Shown one piece after another: positions 26,760 to 38,400 of a DNA stretch of 64,000 bases. This DNA is from Macrostomum lignano. Taxonomy: Eukaryota. The stretch is taken from assembly GCA_002269645.1 (NCBI GenBank), contig NIVC01001584.1:62001-126000 (forward strand), written 5' to 3'. Within the stretch, counting starts at the first letter, position 1. Each line of letters opens with the position of its first letter. The notes beneath the pieces are model-generated. The model was not told the origin of the DNA. It saw nothing but the letters and a program-made list of their open reading frames with translations, and did not search any database. Both the position numbers and the translations under genes were made by a program.

Positions 26760-27470
26760 TTAAAAGTTGAAAAATGTGAATCTTAGCGTGTCACATGTTG
26801 CACGTCTTATCATATCAGGGACGATTTCGATTCAGAAAGATATCATCTTTCTGATGAAATAAAATACTCGCTACGCAAGGCCAGAGCCAAGCTGGGCTGG
26901 CTGACTAAAGCCAGGTTTGCACTGGCAGCTAAAACCCGTAGAAAAATAGCTGCTTGAAAGTAATTTTCAGCAATTTTTCCGCTGGCTATTTGGAATTTTA
27001 TAAGCAGCAGTTCACCTGTCAGCTTCGACAAAATTTACTAGTTTTGCTTGCAAACCCCAACGGCTGCGTAGAAGTAAGTATTCTGGATCGCTATTGTTTC
27101 TGCAAATTTCTGTATAACTACATGTAAATGCGACTGGTACTTGTTAGTTGGCAGATAATAGAACGAACGGGTCCAATTGTATCAGCTTGTCCCAAAAAAG
27201 TGCCCAACACGTGTGCATGGCATACATACTTTGTGCCCGTGATTTTGGTCCTGAGCAAAAACTGCACAAACAGATAGGTAGGGTAAAGCCAATAGCCTTG
27301 AGCGATGATCAGAGGCACTAATCTGTGCCACCCTCTGTGGCATATAACTAGGTTCAGATTTTCTGAACCAGGACGTTCTTTATCGAAAGCACAGTGCGTT
27401 CGTGTTTTTTAAACATCTTTAAAACATTTGTGCTTTCGAGAAACTCTCCAATTTCTATATCTTACTTCAG

Positions 27471-30458
27471 ATGCAGCAAGAAGTCGTTAGCGATGAACGT
27501 GGAGAACTTTTACATGTTGATTCTGATCAAGATAGCGAACAGAACCTCAGTAGCACTGCAGCTATAAACGCAGACAGTAATGAGCAACACAATGCCGAAA
27601 CGCATTGTACTTCACTTAAAGACAACTGGGAGTTGATTACTAAAGAGACCATTCAAAAATTGTCTCCCGGAGACGTGATAAGCAGAAAGTACTGCGGATT
27701 CAGTCACAGGATGATTGTGGACAGCGTCGAAGTAAAAAAAGACGCGAACGAAAATTTTGAAAAGGCGACAATTAGTGCCATTTACTACGGTAGGCAGGGA
27801 ATTAAACGCCGGATAGTTCGCGATGTTTTCAGTATTCAAGCGGATGGAAGCTCATCGGTCTTAAAGCCGAAATGTTGGCTTCAGCACCAGCCAAATGAAT
27901 GGTGCTACTCACCTGAAGTTGTGGTTCAGCGAGCTCGGAGCCGTGTAAACGAAGCTCAGCACTCATTTTTTGGAAACACGGCTTCAGACTTCGTCAGGTG
28001 GTGCAAAACCAGGTGTTCCAGCCATCGGCCAGACAACTTAGTCCCGATTTACGTCTCTGAAGATAATAAGAAAATGATTCACTCCGTGAAATCAGACGAC
28101 CATCTGGAAGTCAAATGTGCAGGACGCGACAGATTGCACTGCAAGGTCTTGACGACCACTAAATTAAACAATTCAAAGTTTGAACTAACGATGAGAGCTA
28201 CTTCTGTTGATACAGGAACTAAGCACATCAGGATGGTTCACGAACGAAACATTGAGCTGCAGAGAAACAAGTTAGTAAAAGTAAGCGTCAACTCGCAAGG
28301 TATGGATTTGTCCAATCGCACTGAAAAAATAAAGAACCTGATCTACAAGAATAAGCGAGCTAGAATGCACGATTTCTGCTTGCATCTGACCAACCCCAAC
28401 GTGTCTGATGAGGAATGGATGCAAACAGCGGTCGACGTGCCTAAAAGACATTGGAGTTTCCGAATTCGATTCTTTAAACCTACAAAGCCTGCCGAAAATC
28501 TGAACAAAGGAGACATTGTATATATTCAGGGCCATTACCAAGTTGTAACTAATGTAGCGTTCAACGATTCTAAAGTCGAAATTACTACTATGCTGTATGG
28601 AAAAAAAGAATTAAAAGCCAATGAACCGATCGAAGTAAAGCTTGCCATTGAAGCTAAAGAACGGGACGCGATTCTCTGCGTACACAATGACGCCGCATTA
28701 GACTGCCCTCTGGAAGGTGGAGGACGAAAGAAGCCAAGTTACACTTTCGAAAGAATCAAGGATTCAGCTCAGATACAGAAAGGGTGTACAATCAGTATGA
28801 GAAGCGGATCCCCACTGTTTAAACACTGTATCGTTTCCAGTGTCGCAACAGACAATGAGAGTGCTACCGAATCTGAGAGTGCTTCTGATTCTGAGTTTTT
28901 TGTTGAATCTTCTGATATAGTATCTTTTAGTGCCATTTCATACGAACTAGGATCACTCATAGCAGAGAAAAGCTTCACTTTAAATGTCTCGAAGAGCACA
29001 ATCTATCGAGTGACCTACAATGTCTCAGATGAAAGCATGTACTCCAGCAATGAAGTCGTCGAAAGAGCCCGCTCACGCCTGGGCGAGAGGCAGCACAACA
29101 TCCAGTGGAACAGCAGCAGGGACTTCGCTCGCTGGTGTAGCATCAAGCACCAGAGTAATCGAGAACAGACCCGCGTCCCCGTCAACTCTGCTGATGAACT
29201 CCATGCATTCAAGCAGGGTCACGTTAGATTTTTGAAGCTCCTTCCGTACTCGCATCATGCAATTCTAAGGGATTGCAGCAAAGTAGAAGGATGCAATGAT
29301 ATCTTGAAAGTTACCATGTACGAGAACAATGTTGCTTATAAATGTGTCAGAAAAGAGCAGCTGGATATTTCAGAGAACGAAACCGTTCGACGAGTAAGGT
29401 ACGCAGAACGTCGCGAAGTCAACTCTGCCAGTGTCGAGCAGCTACTCGGCCTCACATTCTTAAACGCGGACGATGATTGGCTTGGGTTCAGCGGCCCAAT
29501 CGTTAAGAAGTGTGGCAGCAGAGTAAAGAGTGAGGATTTCTGTTGCTGGATTAAAACCAGCTACTGCGAGAGAGGAGAAAAGGCAGTTCAAGAGTTGTTC
29601 GATCAGAGTACCAGAAAACAGGTGGAAGTGGAGGAGATTGGAAGAGACAGCGTCAATATTTTTGACCACATCATTCTCACTCGCAAAGCTAACGGAAATG
29701 ACATTGAGGTTCATTTCATTGTCACTGAGTGGGATTCAATTGCGTGCACTGGTGTCGGTATGACGTACGAGTTTTCCGCTGAAAAGGTCGGTTTGAGATT
29801 TAAGAAGTTCGATGGCTTTCTGCGAGTGACGGGCCCGGGTCACATTGAGAAAGTGGTGCACAACTCCGAGCTCAACTGGGACCAAATCGATGCCAAGTTT
29901 AAAGAGCTGGAAGGAATTGAGGAATACAGCCTACTTTTTAACAACTGTGAACATTTTGTTAATTACCTGATTTATGGCCGCCTTACCTGCTCTCAGTTAA
30001 GCCGGGTGACAGGCCTTGGAACAAAGTATGTACTGAGATTTTTGCGCACTATAATGATTTATGTTTTTCGATTTTTTAAAGGATTTGGAAAACAGTTATC
30101 ATCATTTTCTCCTGTTGGTGATGTGATTGGCACCATTCCGGATGGATTAACATGGTGGTGCGAGGGTTTAGGCCTTGCTTTCATTGCGCTGATGATCATT
30201 AGCTCGATCGTCTGGCTTCGAAAACGTCAAGCAGACTTGGCCATGCCTGATCACGAGTTTAAATATCGATTGATCAACATCCTGTCCATGGGAGGCTGTG
30301 CGCTTCTAGGAGCTGTCTTAGCATTCGGACTGGTTCACGTGTTGCTACTGTCAAGTTGGCCAGCAATTTGCCTTGGTGTCGGAATCGGTTCATTTGTGGC
30401 AGTAGTCGGATACTTCGCTCCTAAGCTCTGGGCACTTTTAAAATGCCTTAGGCCTTAG
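27471..30458 (+). CDS. Multi-LRAT/PLAAT-like (H-box/NC) repeat membrane protein, paralogue 1 (995 aa, 6 modules)
   Basis: Intact ORF. ATG directly follows the acceptor ttcag, with a candidate donor GTAAGT at 27074. Repeated GDxI..H..(V/I)..VxxRARSRxxE..N..F.xWC modules. The last module has YSLLFNNCEHFVNYLIYG (Cys codon 29946-29948), followed by hydrophobic helices. Confidence 0.85.
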   Translation: MQQEVVSDERGELLHVDSDQDSEQNLSSTAAINADSNEQHNAETHCTSLKDNWELITKETIQKLSPGDVISRKYCGFSHRMIVDSVEVKKDANENFEKATISAIYYGRQGIKRRIVRDVFSIQADGSSSVLKPKCWLQHQPNEWCYSPEVVVQRARSRVNEAQHSFFGNTASDFVRWCKTRCSSHRPDNLVPIYVSEDNKKMIHSVKSDDHLEVKCAGRDRLHCKVLTTTKLNNSKFELTMRATSVDTGTKHIRMVHERNIELQRNKLVKVSVNSQGMDLSNRTEKIKNLIYKNKRARMHDFCLHLTNPNVSDEEWMQTAVDVPKRHWSFRIRFFKPTKPAENLNKGDIVYIQGHYQVVTNVAFNDSKVEITTMLYGKKELKANEPIEVKLAIEAKERDAILCVHNDAALDCPLEGGGRKKPSYTFERIKDSAQIQKGCTISMRSGSPLFKHCIVSSVATDNESATESESASDSEFFVESSDIVSFSAISYELGSLIAEKSFTLNVSKSTIYRVTYNVSDESMYSSNEVVERARSRLGERQHNIQWNSSRDFARWCSIKHQSNREQTRVPVNSADELHAFKQGHVRFLKLLPYSHHAILRDCSKVEGCNDILKVTMYENNVAYKCVRKEQLDISENETVRRVRYAERREVNSASVEQLLGLTFLNADDDWLGFSGPIVKKCGSRVKSEDFCCWIKTSYCERGEKAVQELFDQSTRKQVEVEEIGRDSVNIFDHIILTRKANGNDIEVHFIVTEWDSIACTGVGMTYEFSAEKVGLRFKKFDGFLRVTGPGHIEKVVHNSELNWDQIDAKFKELEGIEEYSLLFNNCEHFVNYLIYGRLTCSQLSRVTGLGTKYVLRFLRTIMIYVFRFFKGFGKQLSSFSPVGDVIGTIPDGLTWWCEGLGLAFIALMIISSIVWLRKRQADLAMPDHEFKYRLINILSMGGCALLGAVLAFGLVHVLLLSSWPAICLGVGIGSFVAVVGYFAPKLWALLKCLRP

Positions 30459-33077
30459 CTAAAACTACGATAATAGACGTTATGGCGTCTGCTGACTTCA
30501 AAATTCTTCAACGGAATATTTCCCAAGTACGTTCGTTACTATCGCCTGTTAGTTTTTTTCTGCAGTGATTTCAGAAATGCGTAAGAACGCTTGGCTCTAG
30601 AAACTCAAAACTCTAATAGTGAAATCGAACTATGTACCTTCACCAAAAAACTCGCTTTATAAACAATTCTTTTTATTTCTAAGGTGAAATATTAAATCAT
30701 TAATTTTCGTTCCGCATAGTATAGCTATAATAGTATACCAGATGTAAGTGTTGTTTCCGGTGTCATGAATGCTATTTCACCGACTCCCAGTCCAAATATG
30801 CATATCCATATGCAATAACAACGGCAATGGTAAAGATTTTCTGTCTGTTATTCAAGATTTTTGCAAGTTTTAGTGGTGTTTTTGCTTTCCATGGTTTCAA
30901 TGAGTTTATTTTAAACTAGCGATTACGCTCGTAAATTTTTTTTTCGCAAGTTTACTTGAAGTGGCTTAAAAATATGAATGCGACACGCCTTTTCGCAATC
31001 GACACTGTACGAGCGTATTCTCTAAAATTGAATCAAGATATTATTCTTTATAGTTGTAATGATTTTGTGCGTCAATTTATTCTATCTAGGCTATGGTTCT
31101 AATAATATGCTTTTTTGTTTAATTCGATTCGTTTCCAAGAAATTCTACTCATATTTGAACATTCAACTAGTAGTAATTTCTGTAAGCGCATGGCAGTCTT
31201 GGACGTGGATCAACCAGTGTATGCAAGATCGAAAGCATAGCAGTTTAGTTTAAATCTTCAGTGTACGCAATTAAATAATAACAAAATTAATGATTACTAT
31301 TTAGTTACTAGCAAATCGTCTAGGCCTGACATGCGTAGCCAGTTAAATATATATTCTACTACTAGTACTACTATCGTTCCCTACTCTAGCCTCCGCAAAG
31401 TAAATATACCGGACTCGTTACAGGGTGCTTCTGTTAAAGATACAATATTTTTCCGAGGCTATCCATCGCACAGACAATCTTGACTGATTTTGCAGTTTTG
31501 ATAATTGTTAAATCCCTGAACACCTAGATAAAGAGTACGAGGTACAGTACGGCTCGTAGTACAGGTATTCAGGTCCTTGCTCGCCTGCGTCAGGACGCGA
31601 GTGGTCACAGCTTCCCGTAGTACGAAGGCATCTGGACGATCCTACGTGACTGATGTTCGCGTCAGAACGCTTGGACACCAAACCACGAGTATCAGCCCCT
31701 TATACGCTCGTGTAGTTCTCCGGTTTTTCATTTGACGTCCTAATTTCGTCCAGTGTAGTTTGATCAGTCATACTTAAGAGGGCTTAAAATCAACATCGTG
31801 TTGCTGTTGAGATCTTTCTGCGTTCTTTTCAGTCTTAAACGCAAAATAGTAACAAGACTCAAGTGTTTAAGAGATTTCTAAACAGCTTAGATGCCTGGTC
31901 CATGCTATATATTTTATTATCTTTCGTTCCCTTAACGCATGGTTAGCAACGGCAGGGGTTTAAATAAACAAACACATGCAACAAATTAAATTAAAATAAA
32001 ATAGTAGGTTCGCTACGGGGGCGAGGATAGATTTTTTAGTATCAGTATTTTGGCTCCATTGAGTGAGTCTTGAGTAATTTTATCTGCTTTTTTGCGGTTG
32101 CTATGCTTCCCGGGTTGGTCGTTGGTTTTCGAGCTTTATCTCGCCTGCCAGCTAAATCTTCTCGCCGTCTTGCTTTAACTGGCACCTCGGCTGTTCATTA
32201 ACGTAATCTCACCCCCACTTGTATCTGGAATGGATGGTGGCTGTGATCTTATCAACCCCGCTGCTGACCTCTTTGCTTTTTTCTTTTTGCTCTTTTAACC
32301 TGGCCTTGCCTAATCAGCTAGCCTGGCCTCGGCTTGGCTTTTTTCTGGTCCCTTCTTGCGGATTTCTAAGCCCTACGTACAGGCAATTATTCTACAGAAA
32401 CAATAGTTGCTTTTTTGCAAAAGAAATCTCATAAAAATTCATTTCTAAAGTTTTTGCTTTCGTTTAATGAAGAGCCCGTGAGCAGTAGCTCAACCATCGT
32501 CAACCATACCATAGTTGTTCGAATCGTGACCTCTCGCGGTTTATGCTACTGATTTTATTATATTAAATATTATTTCGATTATTTTAGTGGATTGCTGGTT
32601 TATTTAATGATATTTAGTGAAAAAACGGTTTAAAACATTAATCCTCCTTGTGTTTCCTTGATATGTGCTAGGGCAAGACTCCCCATGAGAGGCAAGACTC
32701 CTATATTTCCTATATATTCTAGTTTCCCCTTAGTTCCCCCTTACCTTGAATTCCCTTCAGTTGAAATTTTCTAAGTCAAGAAATATCACAAACGGATGCT
32801 TCTCTGAGAGCCCAACTGCTCTTTACTCATAACGTTTCCCACCAAAACCTGATTAGTAATTACTGATTAGTCTCATATCTCATTCTTATATCTCATTCTC
32901 ATATCTCACAGTCTCATATCTCTATTTAATTCTGCTTGCTTTTAATTGTCAATCAGTCTAACACCCCAAGTCTAATATGTCGAGCGCTGAACCGTGTAAG
33001 GCCATTCCCAGATGAAGGTTTCAGCATTTTTTCAAGCATCTAATTGCCTCGTGAGGTCAGTCAAAAAAGAGCGAAAT

Positions 33078-33248
<171 letters not shown>

Positions 33249-33389
33249 CCTAAAAGAAAGGGACAGAACCCATGCTATTCATTATTTTACTAAAATGTTT
33301 GGGGGCCTCAGATTCTGCAGACTCAGACTCTGCATTGCAGTATGCACTGGATTGTGCATCTATAGATGCCATGGTTATCGGAGTGTTGG

Positions 33390-34020
33390 GGAACCAACAG
33401 GACTAGGAATGGAAGCTTCCGTACATCACCTGGGCCTATAAAACCTCGGTGCACAGCACCACCGGCCTCAGCCCATATAGTAGGCCTTCAAGGCTGGCCA
33501 CCCAGACTGCATGGCTCTTGACAGCTGGCTGATAACGGCGACCGGCCGGCAGCGGACGGTGGACATCGCGGCTTCCTGCAGCGGACTCAGAAAACCCTGG
33601 CAGAGCACCGTTGACTCGGTGCATGGCCAGCTGCGGCGTGCGCAGATCGAGCGGAACTGGCTCGCCAACCAGGACTGCCATATTGTGCCGTTCTTGGAGG
33701 GCCAGCTCGTGGTGCTCTGCAACTAAGTGCGGCCAGACGTGGAGCCTGAGTGACAAGTGGAAAGGGTCGTACCGAGTCCTGAGCACCTGACTACCTGCAG
33801 CTTCCGTCTTCGTCATCACTGGAGCTTCCATCCGCTGTCGACAAAGGGGAAAGTGATGTAGTCGACTTGTTAGTGCGCAGGGCTCTGTAGGGTGCCCGTG
33901 CAAGCGATGTCTTTGGGGTGAGGGTTGCTTGTTATCGCATGCATGTTGGTAGTGGGTGCACTCAGCCCCCGTTCTAGTTCAAATATATTGGCGTGCGACA
34001 GTGAGGTGGGCCTCACGCGT
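33390..34020 (+). mobile_element. Ty3/Gypsy remnant: integrase C-terminus, PPT and start of the 3' LTR
   Basis: Plus-strand translation gives WKLPYITWAYKTSVHSTTGLSPY, then FLEGQLVVL and DKWKGSYRVL (GPY/F-like). Purine tract AAAGGGGAAAG at 33843-33853 precedes TGTAGT at 33857. Absent from duplicate copy B. Confidence 0.75.
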
Positions 34021-35419
34021 TTTTGGGTAATCATTCTTAAACCACGCTCTTATGGCTCGCACTATCAATGACAGGATAGACAAAAAAGAAGTGCATTCTT
34101 GTAGAAGTTGTTTCGCTGTGATAAGCTCGAGTTAATAAAAGTTTCTTCGCGTCAAACAAGCAGACAGTTTTAAAGCCTATAGCAGTGTTTTAAGCTTCAT
34201 TACCCAAAAAGGTACACTTGAATAACTGCTTATTGATTTTCTTCTACAAACTTCTGCATTGGTAAGCAGCTAAAACATTCCTCTATTTAGTTATAGTGAC
34301 GACTGACTCTAAGACTGATGATTTATAATTCAGTCTTATGATAGTACTCATTTTATTCATTGATTGAAGCCCGTAAATTTTAGCCCAGTAGAGTTGTTGA
34401 CATAATACGAGCGTAAACCCATTAAAAAACAAGGCAATTTTTTGTGACTAATTTCGTTTTTTCAAATGGTTGTCAAAATATAACACAACCATGTAAATAG
34501 CTAATCGTTGCGGTGTCTCTGTACAAGTCAAGTAATCGAAGGACAACAACAAAAACAACAACAAAATACTTCACCCGTCAGCCACGCAGTGGAAAGAAAG
34601 GGGGAGAAGTCACAGAGCGCGTCTCTGGGTCATAGCCCTCAGAAAGTCACCTACAGCTTGGTCCGGGGCGCCAGCATCGTTAGGACGCTGCACTTTTAGC
34701 ACGTGATCCAAAATCTCACGTTCTGGACTTCCAAATTTCAATTGTAGCCAAGCACGCCCCACATTGCACTAATAAGCTTATCAATGCGAAAATCTTTAAG
34801 CAGTCTCGCAGGACAGTGTCTCTGTGTTGCCAGTTGGCAAGGCTCCAGATACTGTTTTGTTTTCTAAACCGGTTTCGCGAAGATTTGTTTTATTTAATTA
34901 GGCTAAATGGGGTTTGGCCAAGGACAAAATTCGATCAAGAAAAAGCTTTGCTAGAAAAATGCGATGATGGGAGCACGAGAATCGGCCGCAGGGAGATTTG
35001 CCCACCGAGCGTTTCGTGCCGAACATAGAAAAGAAAACCTACAAGAAACAGTTTGATCTGGTAAATTTCTTTATTCGCTGCCGGAAATACGACAAAAACT
35101 CGGCGGGCAATTCTCTTGGACCCCGATAAGACATGGATATAGCGACTTCCAAAACATTATTTACGTCTTTTGGGACTTTATTCGACTATATTTATTATTA
35201 GCCCAGAAAATATTTGAACCCGTGTGACTTATGTGAGGACACAAGCCTTTCTCTGGAGCTGTATCACAATTTTTTCGTATTGCGCATCGAAAACCGGTCT
35301 CTAGAGCAAAATCTGAAATCTGACCTTCTACATTAGTTCTCCTTGGCAATGTGCTACATCCATATTCAAGGACCACTAATTGCCGAAATTAGCTTTCTAA
35401 AAAACCCGGACAATTTCAG

Positions 35420-38400
35420 ATGCAGGCACTCGAAGGCTCGAAGACTGCACAGCGGCTGCCCCTTCAACAAGAGGCTGCAGCAGCTGTGGTGGCCGCCCAG
35501 CCGCCCGGCACCCCCGAGGCAGCAGCTCTGCAAGCTGAGAGACCTTCACCGGTAACAGGCTCAATTCAGAGCTTCGAAACTTTAACGCCGGAATCGATTC
35601 GAAATGTAAAGCCTGGAGATGTCATCAAAGCGTCAGGACGTTCTGAAGAAATCGTTGTTAAAGTTGAAGTCAAAGACGGATTCTTTACATTTTCGACAAT
35701 TTATCCCAAACTATGCAGAGTTTTCGGCCAAATTGAGAGACGAGTAATCAAAGACATATTAATAGTTAAAATTATAAATTCTAAAAGATCAAAACAGCTG
35801 AAACCCAGTTGCCAACTTCGACACTTTCCAAAATCGTGCTGCCATGCTCTTGACGAAGTTGTCTGGAGAGCTCGAAGTCTCTTGAACGAGAAACGCCTTA
35901 CTAATAAGTCAGGTTTCATACTTTGGTGCAAGACCAAAGACCAATCTCACAGGAAAAATTGTACCGTGCCAATTTATCTGCCTGGGAATTTCGAAATCCA
36001 CCAAGTGAAAGTTGGCGATCATTTGAGTCTTAAGCACGACTCTGGTTCAATTCATGCAGTCGTACGAAGTAGCCAAGAGATGTGCGAGGACATTTATTTA
36101 CTATCGTTGAGTGTTTCCACGCAGGACTTGATGAAGGATCGAATTGCCTTTGTAAACATTTCTACGCGAAAATTTCTACAATCGAAAGAATCGAATGAGC
36201 GCGTTCCAGTTGTAATATCGGTATCGAAGTGCGTGGAGACTAAGGAATTTCTCCACAGGATCGAATTGATGCGCGGCCTCGCGTATCCGAGGCGCATTTC
36301 GACTCTGCAGTTTTGCCTTCTTCTCACCGACTCGAGTCGCCACGGGCAGGACTGGAGGCAGCAAGTCGCACAGATGTCGAATCAGAGTAGACCGATTCGA
36401 CCATTGACCCGAAAAATTGAAGCGAAAAATCTTCAACGAGGCGACATCATTTTTGTTGACGATGCCTACAGAGTAGTCTGCAGTGTAGATAGCGACAAGG
36501 ATGAAGTCAGCGTTAAATTAGTCAACTACGTTGAAGTCGACCACGAAGATTGCAAGACTTGCACGCTAAAGTATCTGATAAAAAAGGAAGAGACGGAAAC
36601 AACTCTGTGTGTGCATAATGATAACACCGCTGATTGCCCTTTGGACTTAGAAGAATCATCGCCGGTAAATCTCGCAGTCATCTGCTCAGAGGAACCGGTA
36701 ACCCTCCAGTTGCTTCAACAGCTACAGAAGGGTGACGTCATTCGCCTGTGGTACACTGGCAAGTGGCACAGGGTTATCGTGGAAAAACTGGCGCATGAAA
36801 ATGAAGAATACATTGTCACTGCTATTCATTACGGTTTGAAATCGTGGCTTGATGGTAAAACTGTGATCAGAGAGGACTTTGCTTTCAAATATGACAGACA
36901 GCGAACTAAGCAGGTGCATCCGAAGTGCTTTCTCTGCCACTTCTCGGATCTCTGGTGCCACGAGCCCGATGTTGTGGTTGAAAGAGCTCGAAGCCGCCTC
37001 AACGAGCAGGAATACTCTCTGATTGCTAACTGTGGCACTCGGTTTGTCAAGTGGTGTAAGACCAAGTCTATCAGTCACAGAGCTGACAACTCGGTGCCCA
37101 TATTTCTAGATGGCTTTCATACTCACGAAATTAAAGAAGGTGATCATTTTGAATTTAACTGCGGTCTAAAAAACAGACTTCACGGAGAAGTGACCAAAGT
37201 AACTAAACTGAATAATAGGCGAAAACTTTTTCTCGAATTGCAAGTAATCAAGCCCCATGAATTGCATTACGTGCACACAAGTGAACTAGTGCTCAAAACG
37301 GATGAGGAAGTGACTCGAGTCATTCAGTATCAGTCTCGTGTCTTCAGTGAAGCGGAATTGATTCGTCGGATTGAGTTCATAGAAAATTTGGCCTTCAACC
37401 ACAGTGAAAGTTCATTCAAAATTTGTCGCCTGGTGACGAACTGCGATAGCAGATTTGATGATTGGAAAGACAGCATTTGGGATGCATTGACTCAAAATGA
37501 AGTGCAAAGCAATCGGCCCGTATTGGTTGAGAGTGTTACTCCCAATCATGACCATGATGGCCTTAGAGTTGGCGACATCATACAGGTGAATGGTGTCTAT
37601 CGTGTTGTTGCGGGCGTCAGTACCGGCAGCGGTGAGTCATCCAAACAAGTCAGCATTAAAACGCTCCACTATGGCTCTCAAAAACAAAATTTGTGTGTGT
37701 CAAAATTAAAGTACATCATTGATGCTGAAGAGAAGGACGCCAAGCTGTGCGTACACAATGATCCCAGCTTGAACTGCCAATTGTATGGCGGTGGTAGCCA
37801 GGCACCAGCACATATGGCTGAAGAAGTACATGATATGCAAAGCATTTCAGCTGGCTCGGTCATTTCTTGGAGAGACAATCGGTATTCTCTGTACCAGCAC
37901 GCTGTGGTGGTCGGAAACCCGGTGGTACCGGATGCGAACAATCCCCACTGCGCTGCAATCGATGTCATTTTTACAGAGGTTCGTGGAGAGGTCAGATTGA
38001 CAGAAAAAGTTTATCAATAGACTTAAAAAAGCAGAAACTTTACACAGTTAAGTACGATGTACTGGAAGGCTGCGTTCTCACCCCAGAAGAGGTGATTAAA
38101 AGAGCCAACAGCCGACTCAAAGAGAAGCAGCACAACTTCCAGTGGAACAGCAGTCGCGACTTTGCTCGCTGGTGCAGCATCAAGCATAGCAGCAACAGGG
38201 AGCAGTGCGCAGTTCCCGTACACTCGGCAAAAGACCTTCTTAAGTTCGAGAGAGGCCACATAAAGTTCTACAAGTCGCCTTGTTTTTACAAGCACGAAGC
38301 AATTATGCGCAGCTGCTCTGCAGTAGATGGCTGCAGCGATATTGTTCGGGTCGAGTTGTACGAAAACAATCACGATCAGAAACGGGTGCGATTTGAAAAG

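Noticed and set aside
36990-37060. A second active site in module A' of paralogues 2 and 3 (WHRV, AIHYG, IANCGTRF)
   Set aside because: Aligned to YSLLFNNCEHF, the Cys is one position early and Gly occupies the catalytic position. Only a structure model could rescue this idea.
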